From contig RBZT01000352.1 of the NCBI GenBank assembly GCA_003693705.1, positions 1-47,198 of the forward strand: a DNA stretch of 47,198 nt, given 5' to 3'. Below are positions 38,830 through 47,198 of the stretch, piece after piece. The stretch is from Polymyxa betae A26-41 (taxonomy: Eukaryota > Protista > Endomyxa: Phytomyxea). The notes under the pieces were generated by a model. It saw only the letters and a program-made list of their open reading frames with translations. It was not told the origin of the DNA and did no database searches. Each line of letters begins with the position of its first letter. Position 1 is the stretch's first letter. The position numbers and the translations under genes are program-made.

Positions 38830-39307
38830 TATCTCCTATTGCCGCATCAGCATACCAACGAAATCCATCCTACAGGGCAGTCCTGTTGGCGTCAATTTGG
38901 TTCTCCATATCGATCGTATTGAAAGCAGCTGTTGCAATGGGGGCTTAAACAACGCTAGCCAGTAGTGATAGGTCGTGAACACATTTCAAGATGGTTTCGA
39001 TTGTCGATGATTTATCGGCCCACCAACATCAATTGATCGAATCTGCAGCTAAGCAGGATATTTTACATTCGGAGAACGACCCCGATCTCGGACCGGCCAC
39101 TTTGGCAGGGGATGGGGAACTGGCAGCTGCAACAGGGATATCACAGCTTTCAAAGCCAAATTTCAAAGGATGATACTCGAAATGATCTGAGAGGTTTTTG
39201 TGACGAGAAATAACAAGAAAGACTGTAAAGAGATCGAATCTATATTGATTACAAAGGAGGCAATTGCTTAGGTAATCGGCAATTATTATGTAAATTTATT
39301 TGAAAAC

Positions 39308-42300
39308 TCAACCCCAATGCATAAGATCGTCAACTTTTAAGTTGCGGTCATCAACGCGAAAGGGGACTGGGACTTCGTCCAGCGCATCGGCGCCAATTTG
39401 CTCAATTTGCCCGTTGCCGGCCTAATTTTCGCGTCAGTTTCACGATCAGAAGAAGGATTTAAATGCAACCTGCAATTCTTGCATTGCTCTCTGAGATAGC
39501 GACATAACTTTGAATGCATTTTCAGTTGGAACCGTATCAGTTGGAACCGTAGGGTCAACAATTATTCCAACAAGTGAACTTTCATCTTTCTGGAAAGAAT
39601 AAAACTCGCGTATGTCAATAGAAGACATATCCTAATCAAATTAGCACACGACAGACACAATGATAATGGTACAATACCGTGAACAGATGCGTTTGAATCC
39701 ATCCAAACTTTTTCAGATTATAACTTGCGATATAATTCTGATACCATTGCTCCGGAACTCCAGAGTTTGGAGGCAGGAAGAGCTACACACTCGATTCAGT
39801 GAGAGAGAAACAGGATATTATTCCCATACTCGCGTAACAGTGTGATTGCCATCTGGGTCAGTACCGCCAAAAAGAATCCCACGACTAATTAAATGATTCT
39901 CAGTGTTGTCCTGAACACCCGGATTGCTGAAAGGTCCCGTTAGCTGACAATCTGAAGCATTTCCCATCGGATACCTTAGAAATGTTTCAACTAGCTTTGT
40001 GATAGTTCGACCGTTGAGTGTCTGACCCTTAACGAAGCTCTTGGGATCCACAGCGCTGCTTTTCACTAAGCTAGCGGCTTTCTTGGTTGCGGAGCTCTGC
40101 TCAGGCAGCAATGATCGGTTGCTTGTGCATTTTCCAGAAGCTAGTTCTCGATCCGCAGCGCTGCTTTTCAAAATGCTAGCGGCTTTGTTTTTAACTGAGC
40201 TCTTCTCAGGCTGTAATGATCGACTCTCTATGATTTTCTCGTCAGCTGGCTCTCGCTTCTGAGAACGCCGAGATGAAAGATTTTTGAAAAATGAATCGAC
40301 GGCCCTCGGAACCACAGTTTCAGCAACCAAAGGTTGATTAACCGGATTTGATACTGTCCTGGTTGGCTCAATATTCGTGGAAAGCAATGGCTTACTCCCC
40401 GTAAAGACACTCTCTACAGGGGGTGCTATTTTTTTAGCCAACATCTTCTTGGGAGCCGGTTTCGTGATGGCAGGCTCAGACTCTTGCACACCTGATGCCA
40501 GATCAAATTCATCAGTTTGAATACTTTCGTTTGTTGGTTCGGTGGAGATAGAATTGATATAAGCTGAAAGAACCTCTTGCGCAATAACGCGTTTGTCCAT
40601 AGACATTGTTCGAGAACTGTAACTGGCTTCAACATTTGAGAAGAATGCGTTGAGCTGCTGCAAAGCGTTTCGCTCGAGAATCAGCGATCTGGAAACGGGA
40701 ACCCGTTGTTGTTGATGAGCGCGATGATCAACAAGCTTGATTTGCAAGCGCTCGTCAGAGAAGCAGTGCTCAGCATGCTCGACACGATACGAACTGCTGG
40801 AATGCTTTTGTAAAGCATCATTAGGGGTGGCGCAGTCCTGACAACGTATTAGATGTAAGCTGTGCAGTACAGTTCATCAAGCTTCTAGACCTGGCATCCT
40901 TTGAAATATCCATCTGCGGCTATAGAAAAGACGTGGGGTTTGCCGCTGTCGAAAGGAGTAACAATGCACAGACATGGCCTTTGACTGACATGATCAAGTC
41001 CAAATTTCTGGTAGAATTCGAAACATGACAGTGAGCAGTCCTAAAGCTAGTCAATACATTTCTGGGCTTGTAGCCGATATACCAACCGCGGGGGCCTTGC
41101 GAATCCATCCCAAAACCACCAAGTTTGATCTGTTCGTTCTTATGTAATCATCTAAAGTATTAGGTTGCGCTGGAAGGTAGAGCTGGAAACCGATATCAAT
41201 GGTTCGCAAAAAAACACGAAGATGTCACACCTGCGTAATGACGAAATGGCTATCAGATTCCATGTTACCAAGAAGATAGCCAACAGTATCGTTATCCGTA
41301 ATCTTCCTATAAAACCCAGTTTTAACTAATCCATTCGGAGCAACGATAATGCGATTTAGATACCTTGCAAATGTATGAGGTAGATCAAAAGGGAAGATTA
41401 ACTCAATAACAGGATCAATACTGGGGGAAGGAAAACTTAAAGAGACTGAAGGCTGAAAGTCGTCAGTTTCATCCATAATAGAATCAATACTGGGAGAAGG
41501 AAAACGTAAAGAGACTGAAGGCTGAAAGTCGTCAATTTCATCCATAATAGAATCAATACAGGGAGAAGGAAAACGTAAAGAGACTGAGTCAACACTAGAA
41601 GAAGGCTGAAAGTCGTCAGTTTCATCCATATCAGAAGCAGGAGATTCTATTGGACGTGATCTTTCAAAAGCATCCGGAACGTTTTCACCTTTTAAACTTG
41701 CTTCAACATTGCCCGTTAGAATTTGTTCGCCAGCTTCACCAATCAAGCCTTGGCCTATTTCACTAGAGTCTGAAGCAATTTCTGTTCTAGATGACTGTTG
41801 GATATCACTTAACATTTCTTCGAAAACAGGCTTTTCTTGAACTTTGAAATCAGGGACTTGTTCGACGGCGTCAACAACGAGGAAATCCCCCACTTCATCA
41901 AAATTCTCTGCTCTTTGAAGCCCATCTTGAATTCTGCGATCATGGACTTGAACAACTGAGTCGACACCGGAGCCTTCCTCAGCTTCCTCAACATCGTTAG
42001 AATAAGAAACAGAGCTTCCCTCCAGTGGTGATTGTTCGATGACATCAAGAACCTGTGCTTGTAGGGTGTCCTGTCTTTGAGACCATCCTTGGACTTCGTA
42101 ATCAGAGAATTCGTCAGCTGCGTCATGAAAGGACTCTTCCTCAACCTCACTGGAATGCGAAGCGGAATTTTCTTCCCGTGACGATTGTTCGGTAGCACCA
42201 ACAATCTCCACACGTTCAAATCGCTTCTCATCGTTAAGTGACGGAATTGGTTCGATTGCGGGCCTATCCTTCAAAGAATCGGTGCCATTGTGATGCGATT

Positions 42301-45300
42301 CATCGTCAGAAACAGCAACGTAGTGGGAAGTTAAAAAAGGTCCAAGCCAATCAGGATTCTCATCCGCAGTAGTATTCTTGGAAGACTCACTGACAGTATA
42401 CGATTTCATCACATGACTTGACAAATCCTGAGCAGAGCGGTCCTCAGTAATAGAATCATCAACAATGAGTCCAGAAACATCCTGAGCACAGCTATCAACA
42501 GCAGCAGAGGTTGTCGCCAAACCACTTCTGACGATCTAGAAAGATAATAAACATAATAGTAGCGAGAAGATCCATACAGCTGACCTTCTGATTCCGGTTG
42601 GAATGATGACTACGGTTCTTTCCAGTCCTCTTCATAGCGTTATGATTGGCGACTGAGACCTGAGGAGGCTTCAATTTAGTCAGCTGCCGCTCAATCAAAT
42701 GTAGTTGAGATTCGAGCTGCTGCTTCAGCCTGTTTAATGAGGCCTCTTTCCCACGTTCGACTTTCTTAGACTTTGTCAACCAATCTTTGACCAAGGTTGC
42801 CGAACGAGAAGCTTCCAGCTTGTTATTGATTCCCGAAATCTGACTTTTGAGCTCATTGGCTCGGGTTTCCAAAACACCGATTTCCTTGTGTATCGAAACG
42901 GACGCATTTTCGAGGCAATCAGCGACTATTACGCTGATATCGTCTATCGAATCGTCCACAGAATCCTCAGGCGAAATGGAATTTACAGTTGCCGCGGTGT
43001 GCACGTCGCTCATAGCATTGATAGTAGGGGATTTTTGAGGAGTTTCAGCATTATCATTAATGGCATTATTTACGGTAACATCGTCAACGGAACTGGAAGG
43101 GGCTTTAAGCACATCATTCACAGCATTGTCAGCAGGGTCTTGAACAATTTCAGTGTTGCCACGCACGGCGAGATTTATGGCAACAACGTCTGTAAGATCC
43201 TGCATTGACTCCAGAGCGGAGCTGGGATTTGAAGTAGAGGCTTTGTGCACGCCGCTCATAGCACTGGAATCCTGAGAAACCTCCGCATTATCATCAATTG
43301 CTGTATTTACGGCAGCAGCGTCTGTCAGGTTGTCCGTAGCAGCCGGAGCGGAGCTGAGATTAACATAAAAGGCCTTGTGCATATCATCCAATAATTCGTC
43401 AGAAGGAGAATCTTGGGAAATTTTGTTCTTATCATCCAAGACATCAGGTACAGAAAAAGCTCGAGCCATTCGATTTGGGGCATCATCATCTGCCCAGGTA
43501 ACACGTTTCTTGGTTTTAGAAGTAGATGGGGCATCTAGAGATTTGGTCTTTTGCGACGAATTACTTCTGACGCCAGAAAACGAGGCATTTTCAGCGGTGC
43601 GGTAATCAACAACTTTGCATTCCAATGTTCTACTCGTAGCATAACGTTGAGCAGCCTGGTATTCTGAAACGTTGTGATCAACCGAATGCTTGTGCGAAAC
43701 ATTAAACGGCAACTTGCATATCTACGTCAAGGTCAGATTGCCAGAGCTTTACAAGGATATTAAGTCAAACCATGCAATTCTTCAACCCCTCTTCAGTCAG
43801 TGAAAAACACTGGACATCACGATGTTTAGGATCAAGAGCAAAGCCAAAAAATGAGCTCCGCGATTTCTGGAATTCATACTGTCTATGAAGATCACTATGT
43901 GACCAGGCACACCCCTAAGCAAAATTGAATAAAAAAATACTGCACGGTTACTGAAGTAATATAATAACATTGTCGACTTTACGGACCCATCCGAGAACGG
44001 ATAGCTTGCGAGTTTTCGCGTAATTAAGAGTACCAAAACTGGAAACCTGGTTTGAATTATGTTTTGCAGATTGTGGGGGAAGGTATAGCTTGAAAGAAAG
44101 AAATCAGCAACAGCGCGACGGGCAGAACCCAGTAGGATACCTCGCTGATAACATAGCGCCCGTCAGATTGCATTTTACCAAGAAGATACCCAATGGTCTG
44201 ATAATCATGTTCGTCAACAACACTGGCGAAAGTTGAGTTGACTTCAAGGTGCCGCGATGGTATAAATACCTAAAAAACGCCCGCAGTGAGCTACATGGAA
44301 CCACGATTTCGCGGGAATCGGTCAGTTTCGTTTGCAGATTTCGACCAATGAGACAATGATTGGCATAGTGATAAAGATCCGTATCATCGGGATGCTTGTG
44401 ATAAGAGCCACCAAAATCCTTTTTGCAAACCTGTCCCACAATATACAACTGAAGTTTAAACAGCAAAAAAAGGCAAACCTGGCAGGTTTGCAATCCCTTT
44501 CTAGTTAGAGCGAAAACCCGGTTCTTGGTGGATTTACGATCAACAAGGATACCAATAGCGGCGCTTTCTAATTTCTGGAATTCATACTGAATATGAATAT
44601 CATCCCAAGAGGGGAAACAATCCTAAGACTCGTTGATCAAAATGGATTGCTCAAACAGGAATTGAATTAACCCCAGAAGAATCGACGCGAATCCATCCCA
44701 AGATGACCCGGTTCATACTGTTTGAGTAATCAAGCGATTCCACATTTATCACTCCATTTTCACCAAATACCGCAGACTGAGGAGGGATGTATAACTACAG
44801 ATGGACGTCAGTAAATCGAGAAGTGAACTGGTTACCATACTTCACTGATGACATGTTGACCGTGAGAGTTTCGCTCCCGATCACCAACCAGATACCCAAT
44901 GGTATCAAAGTCATCGCAGTCGTTAATTGCCCTTTGCAACTTTCAGCAACTTACAACAGCAAGTTGAGATAATACTTCAAGAATGTATGTGCTAGATCAA
45001 ATGGACAAAACACTTCATTGACCCGATCAACTTGATATATGAATGCAGACTTCCTTAAGGCCGGTGTCTCCAAAAGCTTTGATTTGTTCTTTGACAACTG
45101 GCCTGCATCATCCGATGTTTCTTGGTAAGGAAACTCTTCAATATTTTCAACAGCGGCAGACTTCTTCATATCAGAAGAATCCAAAAATGGTGATGTTTCT
45201 TTTGGCGATTGCGATACGTCATGTTTCATCTCTTTCATAGGAAATTCTCCTGTAACCGCATCAGCCGCATGCTTCGCAACGGAGGCATTCTTGTCGAGAG

Positions 45301-46306
45301 CTGTCTTATGAATGGATGACTTTTCCGTCAGAGGTTGCTGTGTTTCATTCAGTACTTCTTCCTTTGAAAGCTCCTCCTTTGGAAATTTCTCCGCAAAATC
45401 TTGAGAGGAGAGATCATCATCAGGTGCCGAAATTGAAAATTTGGAAAAGAAACGTTCGTTGATATTTTCGGCAGCATCAGCAGTAAATGTGACGTCAACG
45501 GGTTTCATAGGCGGCGTTCTCGCCGTTTTGACAGCATGAATTGGATGTTGCAAAGCAGCATTATTCTGAACCATTTTTCCATTGGATTTCTTAGCGAGAT
45601 CGCCAACAGGAGCCTGTTGGACCTCAGAATATCCGACTTCATTCTTTTTTCGCAATGTAACATTCCCAGCTCTCGATGACTGACTGACAGACAGATTAAC
45701 TGGACCTGGTACTTGTCTGTCATATTGACGGAGCGTGTCCCAATCCGAAGGACCACGATGGTCTGTGCCGAATCCATCACGATCGGCATCCGATCTGCTG
45801 CTCGAAGCGATGGGAGCTTGTCCGTATTGATGATGGCTGTAGGTGGACCGACCGTCATGGACAGATCTGCTATCCGAAGAAACGGCAGCGCGTCTATGAT
45901 CATTATGATGGCCATAAGCGGACCAACCACCCTGGACATGATCATTATAAGGGCCGAGGCTGCGCCTCTCCTGTCGACCTTCACCGCTAATGGTCTTGGC
46001 GACTCCGCTCCAGGACCAGAATGCAAATGCGATACAGCACGTGAATGCGCCGATGTAATTCTCGGCGGCCAGGAAGCCGACAAGAGCCGCTACGAGTATT
46101 ATACCCATAGTCATCGCCATGGTAACGCGACGTTCTTGCAAATGTCCCTCATTGGCATGGCCATCTCTTGGTCTGGCGTTCCCATTGTAAGCTGGATGCC
46201 GATTATTGTAGATGTTGTCTTGAGGATGATCATAATCATCGCTATGCGCCAGGGATATTAACACCAAGGCCGCCAAAGCGAACCACAATATCGACTTTGA
46301 CAACAT
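39308..46306 (-). CDS. ~2055-aa signal-peptide protein with four tandem catalytically degenerate AMSH-like JAMM/MPN domains
   Basis: 17 GT-AG introns of 44-57 nt (44932-44975, 44795-44840, 44623-44671, 44431-44478, 44223-44269, 44089-44140, 43915-43968, 43722-43770, 42536-42584, 41307-41363, 41183-41230, 41041-41086, 40838-40890, 39927-39974, 39783-39829, 39632-39677, 39422-39469) give one open frame of 6168 nt. N-terminus MLSKSILWFALAALVLISLAHS-DD. Each domain reads TxGYLxG..VI..LYxPxQ..LGW[IV]..SxxD..F.LT..G...C...HKH...LxxKxxDxR, like the AMSH JAMM domain. Confidence 0.85.
40010..40226 (-). repeat. Two ~105-bp coding repeats in linker 3-4
   Basis: RSLQPEKSSVKNKAASILKSSAAD / RSLLPEQSSATKKAASLVKSSAVD. 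Confidence 0.8.
41408..41629 (-). repeat. Three ~69-bp coding tandem repeats
   Basis: MDE[TI]DDFQPSVSL[RS]FPSP[SC]IDSI three times, near-identical at DNA level; the first unit has 15 extra bp. Confidence 0.9.
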
Positions 46307-46612
46307 AACTTACAGATGCAGAGGGTTTTTGGAACTGGCAATCTCAAAGGAGTATGGCGTTTAATGACCAAAACCGACGATGAGTCTAGTCGGTCCGATG
46401 ACCCTTTCCAAGTCCGGGGTGATATCTTGCTATTGGAATGATTCCGAAGATCGATCGATATCATTGACTTGACGATTTCGTTGGGCACCAAAATACGCTG
46501 TCATCCTGCATGTCTGGCTTCATACTGACAGTACAGAAATAGATTCCAACCACTTGAGCGTAGCATTCGGCAGATGAAAACTTCAATATAATTATCCGAG
46601 CATATTGTTATA

Positions 46613-47040
46613 TCAGCTGATCGCTATAAAAGTTCGTTCGTTGATAGCACTGTTTCTCAGCGAATGCTCAATACCACAACCACGATGAGATGTTTTCCTT
46701 GCAGTTGTCTGGCCGTCACCAGGGACGGGCGTTGCCAACAATGACGCTGGATTCAATCGCCCGAAACCGTTTGCGCTTGGGTATGTTTGTGTTTGTTTGT
46801 TTAGTCGAATTGTTACGCCATTATTAGGCGATGTAGGCGGCACATTATCCTCTTGTGCAGGCTGCAAGAACAGCAATCCTACTAAGTAATATTCGAAGCT
46901 GCTTCCACCTTTGTGACTTGTCTTGCTTCTTGGTGTGAATGTACCGGTTCAGGGCATAATGGGACTCTGAAACTTGCTTTCTCAGCTGGTACTTACCCGA
47001 TAACAAATCTATCTTTTAAATATTTTTTGTCGTTTTCCAT
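46613..47040 (-). CDS. Possible small spliced hypothetical gene
   Basis: ATG at 47040 and ORF 46613-46876 with intron-like sequence between them; model not resolved. Confidence 0.25.
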
Positions 47041-47044
47041 TCGA

Positions 47045-47085
47045 CCCTAGGGTAAAAACCCTAAAAACCCTAAACCCTAACCCCT
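47045..47085 (+). repeat. Degenerate telomere-like repeats
   Basis: ccctagggtaaaaaccctaaaaaccctaaaccctaacccct. Confidence 0.75.
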
Positions 47086-47198
47086 CACGCACAAACCTGT
47101 AGCAATAGCGGTGATGAGAAAACCCATTATCTTCAACGTGGTACGAACTCGCGACGTCTCGATGACGCGGCTCCCTAACTTCACCAACTACACCAACC

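Noticed and set aside
40920-40991. Apparent signal peptide MSVKGHVCALLLLSTAANP starting a separate secreted gene
   Set aside because: It is an off-frame reading of a domain-3 exon (DCSLSCFEFYQKF..CLCIVTPF).
41408-41629. CRISPR-like repeat array
   Set aside because: Contiguous in-frame coding repeats without unique spacers, in a eukaryotic gene.
42495-42584. Apparent C-terminal TM helix (LLATIMFIIFL) of ORF 42495-43712
   Set aside because: Read-through of the 49-nt intron 42536-42584; splicing joins in frame to the next exon.
39311-45022. Prp8, Rpn11, CSN5 or eIF3 MPN identity
   Set aside because: The C..HxH Ins-2 region and terminal DxR are AMSH-type, and no flanking domains of the other families are present.
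45713-46261. Long antisense and alternative-frame ORFs here and over MSH6, PK and NUP160
   Set aside because: Shadows of real genes with no independent protein features.
47045-47085. True chromosome end
   Set aside because: Only a few degenerate units, with unique sequence on both sides.

Overview
Gene-dense eukaryotic DNA with many short (about 44-60 nt) GT-AG introns and very short intergenic spacers. Ciliary genes (RPGRIP1L-like, TBCCD1-like), short (T)TTAGGG-type motifs and the compact layout suggest a flagellated protist, probably a plasmodiophorid such as Spongospora or Polymyxa; this is inference only. Housekeeping genes reconstructed by manual splicing: MDM35, NUP160, TBCCD1-like, PGM3/AGM1, MOB1, RPGRIP1L-like, COQ2, DNAJC7, pyruvate kinase, Rieske Fe-S protein, BUD32/TP53RK, a LigB/DODA dioxygenase, MSH6 and DPH6, plus several hypothetical genes. 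The main discovery is on the minus strand at 39308-46306. The scattered ORFs there splice (17 GT-AG introns) into one ~2055-aa protein with a signal peptide and four tandem AMSH-like JAMM/MPN domains. All four domains have lost catalytic residues, all share the same four intron positions, and they are joined by repeat-rich linkers carrying PP1 (RVxW) and 14-3-3 motifs. This is a candidate secreted tandem pseudo-deubiquitinase effector. Also seen: a tandem duplication with reciprocal gene loss (MDM35/NUP160), a decayed hAT-like MITE, a tRNA-like Pol III remnant and non-canonical introns. All gene models were read by eye with no database searches.
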